This document shows, piece after piece, positions 43,530 through 58,027 of a stretch of 64,000 nt of DNA. Within the stretch, counting starts at the first letter, position 1; each line of letters opens with the position of its first letter. The notes beneath the pieces were generated by a model, which had not been told where the DNA came from, ran no database searches, and worked only from the letters and a program-made list of their open reading frames with translations. This DNA is from Octopus vulgaris (lineage: Eukaryota). The translations under genes and the position numbers were made by a program. Location of the stretch: assembly GCA_951406725.2 (NCBI GenBank), contig OX597835.1, positions 5,518,001 to 5,582,000 on the forward strand, written 5' to 3'.

Positions 43530-44005
43530 GTATGCATGAATGTGTGTATTAATCAATGTATGTATGTTGACATTTTCACGTATGCACACACACGTATTCA
43601 AACTGACAGAAGGAAAGAAATAATACCAAAACTAAACTTGGAATATCAATGCTTTCCTTGTGCACAGTTTTTGATTGATGGCATATTTAATGTCCCCGAT
43701 GAACTCGGTGAGAAACTAACACGATATTTGCAGTTTATTTAACATGGAAACCTGAAAACGACAGAAGATCGACGTGTATAGTTTGTCATCCTGTCGCACG
43801 GCATTTGCTTTTTGTGACAACGACACATGAGCCATGTGGCCTTGGAACTCCACCGATAAAACAAATATGACATCGCTATATAAGACTGGTGTGTAGACAT
43901 AAAACTAACGCGTACATATAAGGAAACCTTAAACACAGATTACAGACTTACATACATAGATTCAGTCATAATGTAGATATGACGTAGACGTATAAATACT
44001 TAAGA

Positions 44006-44490
44006 CGCGCGCAAGCATGTCTGTGTGGTTAAGAGGCTCGCCTTAACAACGTGTGGTATTCTGGGCTGGTGTCTCGTAACATAGTCCCGGGCCGACCAAT
44101 GCCTTGTGAGTGAATTTGATTGCACAGAAACACTGTGGAAATCCTTCACGCGAAACCGGTCGACTATTATAATATTCTATCCCTTAAAATATATTAAAAA
44201 TATATATGAACTCTGTGCATTTTTCTTATTTTATTATATATTTTTTCACTACATCTCACAACGTGAGGAAAGTCTCTTCAACGAAATTCCTTTTTGCTGT
44301 AAGTGTGTGTGTGTGTATGTGTTTGAGTGTGTGTGAGTATTTGTGAGAGTGTGTTTGTTCATCTGTGTGTGTGTTCTTGCCTCTGTGTGTATGCGTTTGT
44401 CACCCCCACTGTTTGATTACCGGTGTTGGTTACTCTACGTTTCCAAAGCTCAGCGCTTTGACAAAAGAGTTCGGTAGAATACGTACTATT
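44006..44490 (+). mobile_element. Diverged SINE family 2 interrupted by a PLE-terminal-like fragment
   Basis: Head at about 44006-44140 and tail at about 44300-44490. The insert begins with GCGAAACCGGTCGAC (3' half of a hammerhead-like motif). Confidence 0.6.
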
Positions 44491-44504
44491 CATGCCGTTT
44501 ACAC

Positions 44505-44885
44505 TGCCTGGCTCAGAGCGAGGAACTCAACACTCATCCTGGCGTAGGAAACGTTCAAAGAAACCTATTGGATTTGCCTCAAACAATGTCAGATTTTCCC
44601 GTGATGTGATCAATTTGATACGCCTTCGATCAGATGTCAGAAGACACCTGATCGAGTAGAGAAACCTTCGTCATGCCAATATCATCGTGCAGGATATTCC
44701 CACATTTCTCACAGGATATACTAATAGCATTGGCTACTAGATTTATTGTCAATCGCCTGTCATGTGGTGAACACGATCACTGTTTTCCTTAGTAGTGGCA
44801 GTTGCAGGACGTCCGGACCTTGGGTCATCTTCAAGACACACCCTTCTCCTCTTAAATATTGCTGTCCACTTTTGCAATGGCCGCT
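44505..44885 (-). mobile_element. Mariner transposase fragment (HTH region to first catalytic D)
   Basis: QKWTAIFKRRRVCLEDDPRSGRPATATTKENSDRVHHM..ANAISIS..NILHDDIGMTKVS..LLTSDRRRIKLITSRENLTLFEANPIGFFERFLRQDEC*V. Confidence 0.88.
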
Positions 44886-45219
44886 GTGCATGACTGTAAC
44901 TTTGAACTGGTTGATCACTCTCCCTATTTTCCCGATTGGCCCCACCTGACAATCATCTGTTACTCAAACATGAAAATAAAAACACATGGGTGGTGCGGAT
45001 TAGAATTGCATAGATGATGACGTCATATTTGTTGTTGCTGACGTTTATTAACGAACAGGATGTAAGCTTCTTCGTCAATGGTTTTGTGCGTGTGTTTGTG
45101 AGTGTATGTGTCTGTGTGTACGTGTGTCTGTATGTGTCTTTGGTTCAAACTAGTTTCAACTCTAGGCATGCAGCCATGCTGTGGCATCACCGTTGAAAGA
45201 AAGCAGATCAGCTATATTC

Positions 45220-45297
<78 letters not shown>

Positions 45298-45424
45298 TCT
45301 TAGGGAAATAAGAATTGTAGGTATTAATTTGGATAATTTTAATGTTTAGTCCTATATGTACATATTGTAGATAATGTCATTCAGTGATGATTGAGTTGCT
45401 TGAGGATGATTCTGTCTTTTAAAC

Positions 45425-45516
<92 letters not shown>

Positions 45517-46209
45517 CTCTATCCATCTCTCTCTCTCTATATATATATATATATGTATATTTAAAATTTATATATATATATATATATATATATATGTCTG
45601 CTTGTGTGCGTGCATACATATAAATATATGTATGTATTCATATGTATATGTATATATATATATATAAACATGTATATTTAAGTATATACACACACATACA
45701 CGCACATGTATGTTTGGGTCTCTCTGACCTGATACTCTAAAGCCCCAGGACAAACAGTTCGGCCACTCCAATATTGAAGTTAATTAGCAACTGATAACGG
45801 AAATGTATGTTTGTTGCTGTTTTGACAGTGAAATGGAAACATTGTTAATTTCTCAGAGGACAATGAAGTTATCATATTATGAAATGTTTATTTCAATGAA
45901 AGGAATTAAAACAACTCTGTATATATACACATATAGATAGATTCGTGGACATTCACTCAGAATTATATATACATGCATACAAATATATCGTACTTGTATG
46001 TGTAAACAAAAATATACATGTATTTATTTATTCATATACATACACAGGGGAGAGAGAGAGAGAGAGAGAGAAAGAAAGAAAGTGAGAGTGTGTGAGAGAG
46101 CGAGAGTGAAGGAGAGAGAAAGAGCGAAAGTGATAAAGCTCTAGATGGAAATATATGTATACATACATATATACATACATGCAAATGTGTACATACATAC
46201 ATACATACA

Positions 46210-46357
<148 letters not shown>

Positions 46358-47037
46358 GTTATTACATAATATAGTTATGCGCACCCATATTCATGTTTTT
46401 TAAATATGTTTACATGCAAACATACACACGCACGCACTCACACACACACACATATTATATATATATATATATATATATATACGCACACATATATGTACAC
46501 ACACATATGTACTATATATGTATGTGTACACACACACACACACACACACACACAGCTGCATGTTTGTAATGTGCCGATGATCTTCACATCACTTATGAAT
46601 CATGGAAGCCGACGATGCTATACGGTGGATGACAATTCCAAACTAAACATTAGTTTTTTCTTATGACAATATCGGCTAATTAATTAATGCACGGCTGATT
46701 GATTGATTGGAGAGAAACTTTGTAACAATCTATTATTTTTTTTGCAGAATTTCCTGGGTGTGGTTCAGCAGACGAACATGAAACAATGTGACCGCTTTCA
46801 ATTTTGTCTATCATCAAGGACTTCGTCAACAGAAATATGCTACGACTGTGTCTACAACATGTTGAGCACTATTGACAAATCGCTTCTCCGTTGTATTACG
46901 ACGTATTAGATTAGGCCGTTGGAAAACATTGGTTTTATGCCTCTTTCTTGTTTTCATTATCATTACCGAATATTTCTGCTAATTAGCTTATAATGGGAAA
47001 GTGGACTGGAAGAAAAGGGTTCAGCAATGAATGAAAT

Positions 47038-47331
<294 letters not shown>

Positions 47332-47980
47332 AACATACACACACTCACACATGTAATCTGAGTCTCAAGACAGTTCATGACTCATGAATGACTTTTCGTT
47401 GACACAGATCTTGCTTTGTAAGCATGCATGAAAGCTACTCTGCTTGTATCGAGAGGTGTGAGAAAACTTCGTCGATTCTTATACACGCATCAACCATGTT
47501 TCCTTTAAGAATCAAATATGCCTGAAAGACTATGAAAAATATTTTCCTTTTTCCTTGAATGTACGAAAATATTAATAAAATCGTTTTTTAATTGCATCCT
47601 TGGCAATAAACTGGTAAACTTAGGTACATTGTTGTAATTTGATTGGTTATTAACAGATATTTTAAAAATTAATTAGTTTTAAGTAAGCACCAGGTTGAAG
47701 AGATAACATGAGAGAAGCGACTTTTGCTGCAAAGGCTTCGGAAAATAAAATTGAAAAGTGAAGCAGTAGAATTCTTGTTACAAGCACATTTACTTTAATC
47801 TAATTCCAGTAAATATACACAAGTACACACACACACACACACACACACGCACACTTATATATACGTTATCTATGTGTCATTGCACAATGAAAAGAGGTTA
47901 AAGTCACAAAATTCGCAGTTGATAAGTGTTCCAACGTTTAAAATGAAGATTGGGTTTTACCATAGGATATTTATTGGCTT

Positions 47981-48335
47981 ACTCTTAACCACTACGCCAT
48001 AAGCCCAGGGGCATTTGGCCTAGTAGTTAACAACGCGGGCTACTAACCCCAAGATTCCGAATTCGTTTCCAAGCAGTGACCTGAACACTAACAATACTAA
48101 CAACAACAAGAACAACAACACCAGCAACAGTAACAATAATAATAATAATAATAGTAATAGCATTAAAAAAACCCTTAGGAATGAGAACCCAGGTTCGAAA
48201 TTTCCACTTGACACCTGAAGATAGCTGGAGGGTATATCAGCCGTAACTTTGTGTTAACAACAAGCAAGATGAGGGCAAATATCCGTCGAATGTAAATAAT
48301 GTACGTAATTCCTCATCTGTTAAATGTAGAACTGT
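47981..48335 (+). mobile_element. tRNA-headed SINE with internal (AAC/AAT)n and a hammerhead-like 3' module
   Basis: A-box-like TGGCCTAGTAG (48016-48026) and B-box-like GAATTCGTTTCC (48059-48070). ACAC-CTGAAGA-T-AGCTG..CAGCC-GTAAC-TTT-GTGT at 48211-48254. Inverted copy of the head at 47981-48006. Confidence 0.6.
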
Positions 48336-48766
48336 ATCTAAAAACAGTTTTCTATCGGGTTTTGGTTAAAGGAAATGTGGTTGTATCAAAACGTAAAGAA
48401 ATATGCAGAAAAATAAAGTGACACCAGTCTCCTAAATTCTTAAAATTATCGCTCGAAATATCAACATGCGACCAATCCTAAAATTCTAAACCTATCGTTT
48501 TTTATGATTGCTCATAATGCACTAAGCCCCCCCCCAAAAAAAAATGAAAACATTGTTTCTGTATAAATCGGTAGAAAAGAAATATGTTATAGAAAACAAA
48601 TAAAACGATAGATTCCAATAATTTCTCATCAATGCTGAATTTTAGAAGCGAAGAAACAAATAATATTTTGGCCAACAGAAAGTTTCAGGGTGATGAGAAA
48701 GATAAGGTTTTCAGAACGGACTTAGACAGGGTATGTGTGTATGTGTGTGTGAGAGAGAGAGAAAGA

Positions 48767-48799
<33 letters not shown>

Positions 48800-48989
48800 T
48801 AGTACAAGATATTGATTTTAAAAAAAAACATATGTTGAACTATAAATAGACGGATTAAGCAGGATTATGCTCGTGCTAAACCGGTTTATAGACAATCATA
48901 TCACTAAATCGCTATTCGGAAACGCAAAAAAACAGAAATAATGCACATTCGTCCGAAATAAACTAAATATAGAAAGACCTACAAGTACT

Positions 48990-49061
<72 letters not shown>

Positions 49062-49221
49062 TGTGTGTGCGTGTGTGCGTGTGTGCGTGTTCCTAGTTCG
49101 CAGAAACTTGGAAAGACCACTAAGAAAGAACTAGTAAAAATATCAATATCGAACATGTCCTACAAAATTTAGTTTTGAACTTTCTTCTTCATAAAGCATA
49201 CGTACTTGCAAACAATCTGAA

Positions 49222-49658
49222 ACCAGGAAAAAACAAGAGAATATTTATGGTGAATTAATGCGGAACTAACAGCTCTTGTACCCTGGCTATAAATTCTGAT
49301 TTGTACCTCCTATTATCATATGTGAATTTAACAATGTACCGACAAATTTACACAAAAATCTAGAAGTTTTTTTCAGAGAGAGAGAGAGAGAGAGTAAAAT
49401 AAACTGACTCGCATTCTCCAAATTCAATCTTTTGGCGACACAGTGGAGATTTGTAAGACATTCCAAAGCTTCTCCATCTGAATTTATTTTAAGCGAAGAG
49501 AGACACACACTTGGATGTGCGCATCGACAGTTCAACAAACACTCCAACTCCACAACATGCTTACAAACACCGAGAACGGTCTTAACTCAAAAAATGTTGT
49601 TGCTTTCTTAGCGACCAGGTTCAATCCTCTTAAGAACTTAAATAAAGCTCAAAGAAAA
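49222..49658 (+). mobile_element. 3' end of a second REL-endonuclease (R4/Dong-like) LINE ending in (CATA)n
   Basis: KQENIYGELMRN*QLLYPGYKF*FVPPIIICEFNNVPTNLHKNLEVF, then KLTRILQIQSFGDTVEICKTFQSFSI*. About 180 nt of 3' UTR abuts the (CATA)n array at 49659. Confidence 0.6.
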
Positions 49659-49997
49659 ACATACATACATACATACATACATGCATACATACATACATAC
49701 ATACATACATACATACATACATACATACATACATACATACATACATACATACACACATACATACATACATACATATATACATACATACAAACATTACATA
49801 CATACATACATACATGCATGCATACATACATACATACATACATACATACACATACATACATACATACATACATACATACACACATATATACATACATACA
49901 TACATATACATACATACATACATATCATACAAACTTACATACATACAAACTACATATATACATACATACATATACATACAGCATATATACATACAAC

Positions 49998-50036
<39 letters not shown>

Positions 50037-50964
50037 CATACATAAATACATACACACATACATACATGCATACATCCATACATACATGCTACATGATAGT
50101 TGTCCCACATTAAATGATAGCGCGACATCTGTACACGTACAAAACTTTTTGCCGCTCTCTTGGTCGCCATTGTTCCAGTGGCTTCCAGTGACAAGCACTG
50201 CAAGATGACGGCTACTGTTTTGACCGTAAGTTTAATGTCAGAGTATCTTTCTCTTGGGGGCCTCCTCTATCCACAAGAATATACATACATACATACATAT
50301 ATACATACAAACTTACATACTTCCGTTCAGGGTCAGAATAGACCTGAGAGTAATTGTAACTAATGGGTCGCTCCATGCTCCCAACAGTTCCAGAACTCCT
50401 GAATTGAAACCCCAACACCGGATACAGGTAAAAAAAATCACTTGCATTCGTCACCCATATTTCAATAACGGTGCAACGCTCTAGAGCTAAAGATTAATCT
50501 TATGAAATATGTTTGTATTGGCGATATCGTGGGAAGGCAATATGGAATAGGCGCATGAAAATACGAGCCTAAACTTTGAAAGGTGTTCAGATGCGAGAGG
50601 AAAAGGAAGAAATCGAATATTACTGATATTTCAGCAATATAGTTTGTATTCTCTGCTTCATAACTTGTTACTTTCTTGGACTTCAACACCTCTTCAATGT
50701 CTTAATTCTTATTCGCATCAGGTTTATGTTGTACCTCTTTATAAAGAGACATCAAGTTGATCAAGAATATATATCAACAACATCGAACAAATTCATCTCA
50801 AAAAGAATAGAAGTTCTTTCCCGTTCCATATGCTCAGATGTGGATGGTCAGTTATATATATATATATATATATAACCTATATAACCTTCAGATTTTAATA
50901 TGCTAGACCACTGCTGTTATATTGATGTTAATTAAATTAATATCCAATTTCTCACCCACATTTT

Positions 50965-51019
<55 letters not shown>

Positions 51020-51250
51020 GCATGTTTGTGTGTGTGTGCGCGTGTGGTGTCTGTGTGTCAAAGCTTGTACTCTCCTACTGCTTGACAATGACTGTTTGTT
51101 TGTTTACGCCCCCTTAACTTTGCAGTTCGGCAAAAGTAACCGATACAATAACAGACTTTAAAAGAAAAAATAGATAATGAGATTGACTCGTTCAACTAAA
51201 CATTCTTCAAGGCGGTGGCAAAAAAAGATCAAAGCAAGAAAAAGATCAAA
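51020..51250 (+). mobile_element. Diverged SINE family 2 3' half
   Basis: GCTTGACAA...GTTTACGCCCCCTTAACTT...GTTCGGCAAAAG..ACCGATA. Confidence 0.7.
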
Positions 51251-51895
51251 GACAAATGATCATCGATTCAACGTAAACCAAACAAAACAAATGCCATTCT
51301 ATTAAAAATGGTGCCAAAAAATTCTTGTAAACTTACTGGCAGTTTTCACCAATATTTTACCAAACTAATAAATATCGTAATCATAATTTTGAGATAGTTT
51401 TATTACTTGTGAATGGTAGCTGTAAACTTTTATTTCGTGGGCTGGAGTTCTTTGACAACTGGACGAAAGAAGATTGAATGAGAATTTAAATTCCACTCAA
51501 CATGATCTCTTGGAAATAAGTATTCGGATTCTTGAGAGATTTTGTTTTTCAAGAAAAAGTACATCATATATATATATATATATATATTTATATATGTGTG
51601 TGTGTGTGTATGCTTATATGTATGCATATGCATATGTACTTATGTGCAGCTGTGTTTGTATGTATGTATGTGTATTTCTTTCGGAAGCGCATGACAAGAG
51701 TCATAATCTTAATCGTAAGCGGTCAAATCTTATCGAACAGGTTAAGCCTGCATCCAATCAAATATACACTCAACGCTCACGACTGTTTACCTCAAATACC
51801 CAGGAATCTAAAACATATGTGTCTGTGTGTCTGTGAGTGTGTGTCTGTGTGCGTGTGTGCGTGTATGTTGCTGTGTGTCGATCTATCTATCCATC

Positions 51896-51942
<47 letters not shown>

Positions 51943-52080
51943 AATATATCATATATCTGTGTATGCATGTATATATATGATATATATAATATATATATCT
52001 ATACATATATATGTATTTATATAAATATATATACACATACATAAGTACATATATATGTATATAAATATATATAATGTATG

Positions 52081-52124
<44 letters not shown>

Positions 52125-52597
52125 TCGTATACATATATGTGTTTGTATATATGTATATATATATATATATATATATACATATGTGTGTGTCTGTGTGCGT
52201 GTGAGAGAGTGTGTGTGTTTGTATGTCTGTATGTATATTGGACATAGACAGAAAGAGAGAGAGATCGCCACTATATTTAACAAGCATTTGTAGAAGTATG
52301 AAAGAAATAAAAGACGGATTAGTGAGGATTATATGTGCTAAACCGGTTTAGAGACAATCACCTAACTGAATCGCTATTTTGAAAAACCGTTCGGCTGTTC
52401 AGTGCGAAATTTGGGGATATTTAAGAGCAATAAGGTAAATATGGAAGCACAGATGCTTACTCACACACTAACACACATACATATATACATACATAGAAAG
52501 ACAAACACATAAACACACTTACACATACACATATATATATGTGCATGTGTGTAGATATTCATATCTACAAATATATATGTTTCGTTATGTATGTATG

Positions 52598-52649
<52 letters not shown>

Positions 52650-52915
52650 CGAATGCATACATATATATGTATAGATATATATACGTGTGTGTGTGTAATT
52701 TTTATTATGTATACATGTATTACATGCCTGCGTGTGTGTAAGTATACATATATATGCACGTATATACATATATATTATCGTTCTTACAGATACACATATA
52801 TATATACAGGGACACATATATACATATGTATATGTAAATAGCTAAGCCTTGTTTACGAATAGTTTATATAACTGCGTAGAAAGATTACTGTGTAAACAAA
52901 CATATATGCTTATAA

Positions 52916-53105
52916 TCTTTTACTCTTTTACTTGTTTCAGTCATTTGACTGTGGCCATGCTGGAGCACCGCCTTTAGTCGAGCAAATCGACCCCAGGACT
53001 TATTCTAGCCTATTGTAAGCCTAGTACTTATTCTATCGGTCTCTTTTGCTAGGTTACGGGGACGTAAACACATCGGTTGTTAAGCGATGTTGGGGGACAA
53101 TCAAA

Positions 53106-53193
<88 letters not shown>

Positions 53194-53318
53194 CACACAA
53201 ACACACACACACATAGATATATATATATAACAATAATTAAGGGTTTAGCAACGAGTTGCTTAACCACATACCGAAAAGTTTAGAAATAGCAGTCAAAAGA
53301 CCGTTATGTCTTTACTCC

Positions 53319-53363
<45 letters not shown>

Positions 53364-54211
53364 GTACATATATACAACGGGCTTCCTTCAGTTTCCACCT
53401 ACCAAATCCACTCACAAGGCTTTAGTCGGCCCGAAGCTAGAGTAGAAGACACTTGCCCAAGTTGCCACGCAGTGGGACTGAACCCGGAACCTTGTGGTTG
53501 GTAAGCAAGTTACGTTATTTCAAAAATTTTGCCATAAAGGCATGACATGGAGTAGCTTGCGGGCTGGACGAAGACATTGATGAGGTGAATGATGAAATGG
53601 ATGATATTGATAGGAGAAACAAAAAACGCCCGCCGAATTTTTGCTTCTCTACAACATTATTCTCTTCTTTTTTTCCACAGAAAAAGACACAACGTGGTAA
53701 TGAACGTCTTACTTCAGTCACAAATTTTAAAAAGAAACGAGAGAAATCAAAAGGAAACAAAAGGGAAGAAGAGAAAAAGCAAACAGTTCAATTAGAAAGT
53801 CACAACTGAAGAAGAAAACAACAGTTCAACAAAACACAGCAAAAATAAAATCTTCTGGGCATTCAGGTACTCCAAGCCATATGGTACTCCGATTAGAACC
53901 TGGGCTGCTCCACTTGAAATACAGCTTTCCAATTATTGGTAAACGTAGTTGTAAAAATACACACTATTCACAAACAGTGATAAACTTTTGGTGGCAGGAT
54001 ACGCCTCCAAACTATACTTCTCACAATGAGAAAAATTTTTCACTTAATGTGAACAATATTGCTGAACCACAAGCAGACCAGCGTCCTGTGAGAACTCCTC
54101 GTTTGTAAAATATATAACCAAAGACAACAACCCCCACTGTACGCATGCGTACACTGACAACAAAGACTCATGGGTAGGCAAGCTACTTACCACACAGCCA
54201 CTCCTACGCCT
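52916..54211 (-). mobile_element. SINE family 2, split near its head by a 659-bp insertion (53514-54172)
   Basis: Body 52916-53513; head resumes at 54173-54211. Junction duplication GGTAAGCAAGTTAC / GGTAGGCAAGCTAC. Confidence 0.85.
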
Positions 54212-54811
54212 ATTTATATTTATAATTATATATATATTATTACATATGTGTGTGTATGATTCAGTATACCTAGTAGAAGTAAAAAGCGGTGATGGTCATT
54301 CTTGGGTAACTTCTTGAATACGGTCACGTTTGGCTGGAATTGACCATGGCTTAGAGAAACACAACAACACCAAGAACGAGAGTAGCGCCTACACATTTGT
54401 GAATATTCGCATAAAATTTCAAATAAAAAACATTCTAGCACAAATAGTCATAAACATGCACACACGCACACACATACATACACACAAACACACGCATACG
54501 TGCAAAACACACTACAAACTTTGAAACATATATAGAAACACGTAAACAAGCATGGAAACACATTCACACACAAACAAGGAGACGCACACACGGACCAACA
54601 AACATACACATTATCACACATCGAATGAGGTATACGCATACAGGTATATACATACAGACACACACACATACACCTGGACATACACTGGGACAAACTGACA
54701 AACAAGCAAACACACCTAAACATACAAATACACAAACACCCACACACAGATACAAAACTACTCGTACACAGACAAGTCATATAAACACTTGCACACTCAT
54801 ACATACACATA

Positions 54812-55063
54812 GACAAACACACACACACACACATTCAAACAAACACACACACACACAGACAAACAAACAAACATACACACACACACAGACATTCAAACAA
54901 ACACACACACACACACACACACATTCAAACAAACACACACACACACACATTCAAACAAACACACACACACACACATACATTCAAACAAACACACACACAC
55001 ACACACATTCAAACAAACACACACATACACACACACACATTCAAACAAACACACACACACACA
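54812..55063. repeat. Minisatellite (AC)n-ATTCAAACAAAC
   Basis: ACATTCAAACAAAC recurs seven times, separated by (AC)n of variable length. Confidence 0.88.
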
Positions 55064-55657
55064 CGTGAACACACAGATATTTCAACTAACACAGAAAGCC
55101 ACAGACAAACACATACGCCTACATACACACACACACACACACACACACACCACCCGACAGACAAAAATGCAGATGTCATCGAATTATTATTCCAATCCAG
55201 ATGACCAAACCGATTTGTTTGTTTGATAAGTGATTGTTCTTTGATAAATTATTGATGTTTATTAATTACTTGAGTTTATTTAAATTAGATTCACGTTTTA
55301 AGGAAAAAAAATACTAAATCAAAAAAGGAATAAAAGAATAAAAGAATAAGTTTTCAATACAACAGATCGGTTGAACGGTTGGCAATTAGTTGTTGTAGTT
55401 GTTTTGTCGCAGGTGTGGTGTTCTGGCAGAACAACCTTCAGGTCAAAGACATTCGACGGGGTCAACATGTTTCCCAAATGTTCCAGTGGTCATATTAAAC
55501 GTTACACTCACTCACAAAACAGGATGTCATTCATATCTGGGTAATTTTTCATTTACCTGGGAATGGCTACGTGGGTAGGAATATTGTTTCCCAACTCTGG
55601 GCAAGATATCTTCGACTATCACTTCACGTTCACCACTGACTTACAGTTACAAGATGT

Positions 55658-55736
<79 letters not shown>

Positions 55737-55821
55737 CGTGCGTGCTTGTGGATGATTGTGCGCCAGTGTGTTCACAACCCAATGTCAATGCCTGATAGGT
55801 TTCCCTTAACATAGTTTACAT

Positions 55822-56022
55822 CAGTGCTTTTCAACCTTTTTGCTGGAGCGGAACCCCAAGAAAACATTCCACTATCTCGAGGAACCCCCGTGCAATAATT
55901 TAATTTTTTTTTGCACACATATCTGCACAGGAGAAATAAAAATTACTGCCGATTTTAGCAGTTTTGTCACTTCTTGCGGAACCCCTGGACTGTACTGGCG
56001 GAACCTTGGTTGAAAGCCACTG
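55822..56022. mobile_element. hAT (Charlie-like) MITE with intact 8-bp TSD
   Basis: TIRs CAGTGCTTTTCAACC / GGTTGAAAGCCACTG. TSD GTTTACAT at 55814-55821 and 56023-56030. Four internal GGAACC subterminal motifs. Confidence 0.92.
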
Positions 56023-56718
56023 GTTTACATGCTACTATATATATTTTTTGAGTTTATGAATATATCTATATTTATATATACATATGTGTATATACATACG
56101 TGTGTATGTGCGTACAAATGTGTGACTGTGTGCGTACGCGTGTAACTATGTGCGTGTGTATATGTATATGTATATATGATATTATCATTTACCATAATTG
56201 TGTTGGCAGACAATTGAATAAATAAAAGAGTTCGTCGATGATGTTTCCTGCAAGAATCAATTCAAAAAAACGATTACAAATGCAAATTCCACGACGAAAT
56301 GTATTTGAAAAAAATAATCCTACACACCACTCCAACTGACCACCGCCTCTCCACACTTCTACCCCCCTCCAACTCCCACCCTGCCTCGCTTACATTTTGT
56401 TTTGTTGCATGTTTTTGAACGGTTCCTTGTTGAATTTGATTTTCAAATTGACAGGACATTTGATTAATAGCTCTCTCTCTCTCCCTCTCTCTCTCCCTCT
56501 CTCTCTCAAACACACACTCTCTATCTCTAACACACTCTTTTCTCATCTCTCTCTCTCTCTCACTCTCTCTCTCTCTCTCTTTCTCTTTCTCTCTCTCATT
56601 AATTCTTCTTTATTGCATATATTCTGAATATCTGACTCTATATATTCCTCTCTTCCTTTATCTTTTTTTTACCTCATATACACACATTCTCTGTCTGACA
56701 ACGCATACCCTCTCTCTG

Positions 56719-56752
<34 letters not shown>

Positions 56753-56759
56753 ACACACA

Positions 56760-56806
<47 letters not shown>

Positions 56807-57104
56807 ATTATATTTCTCACGCTAACACACTGAACCCATTCCGTTCCTGTTTGGCTCATTTCGTTAAACGGAGCTAGACACTTCACTTTCAATATGGCGC
56901 CAGGTGATATATAGAAGCACGTAGCAAACTTCCGTCAATCAATTTCTACTTCCTTCTTCTACTACTGCCACTGCCCTCTTCCCCTCCTCCTCCTCCTTCT
57001 CCTCCTCATTCTTTTTCTTCTTTCTCGATTTCTTCTCTCTCCTCCTCCTCCTCCTCCTTCGTTTTCTTTTCCTTCTCTTTAGTTTCTTTTCTAAAGCCTA
57101 TTAC

Positions 57105-57158
<54 letters not shown>

Positions 57159-57174
57159 TAATAATAATCACGAA

Positions 57175-57241
<67 letters not shown>

Positions 57242-57391
57242 GTTATTATTTCATAATATCGTATATTCATTTATATTCATGGTTTTCTACATTTAATTCT
57301 TTAGCGTTCCGTGTTCATAGTTTCAATCACGGAACAATAACAGTAACAACAAGATCGACGACGTCTATAATGATGATGGTGATAGTGATGG

Positions 57392-57439
<48 letters not shown>

Positions 57440-58027
57440 CGGTGATTAACACAATACACATACTACGCACACAGACGTGCATACATACATCATGCATGTA
57501 TGTATGCACAAGCTTATATATATATATATATATACTCACGCATGCACAACATATTTATTATATGAAAGGATACCATCTTATGTCTGACAACACACATTCA
57601 TTAGATGCAAAGCTTAGGATGACATCCATCGCTGTTTGACTGAATGCTTTTGTTTTTCACGGCAACGCGCTTTGTCTCAAATCTCAATTTGGCGGACATT
57701 TTACATCAGTTATATCACATCGAGTGCAAGAAATATACAAATCATTTGGACGGAATTTTACCATCAGATCCCAAATCATAAAGTATTTGGTCGAGTGAGG
57801 AAGAAGGAGAACTCGACCTGCTAGAAATATCAGCCAGCCTCGTTCAAGTCGAGAGTTCGTCGTTTTAGTAAAATGGGAACGAACGCGTAGTGTCATTCGA
57901 CGACTTGTAAGGAATTGTTTAACTCGACGCTAATCCCCACCCACAACCACCACCACCTCAATCGATGAATGTGACTAAATCACTAATCGATCCGTTAAAA
58001 TAAGGTGGAGAGCTGGCAGAATGGTTA

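Noticed and set aside
46748-46909. Strong acceptor followed by a 53-codon Cys-containing frame
   Set aside because: No recognisable domain or partner exon; insufficient support.
54812-55063. Repeat-spacer pattern superficially like a CRISPR array
   Set aside because: Spacers are only (AC)n, the repeat is too short, the context is eukaryotic and there are no cas genes.
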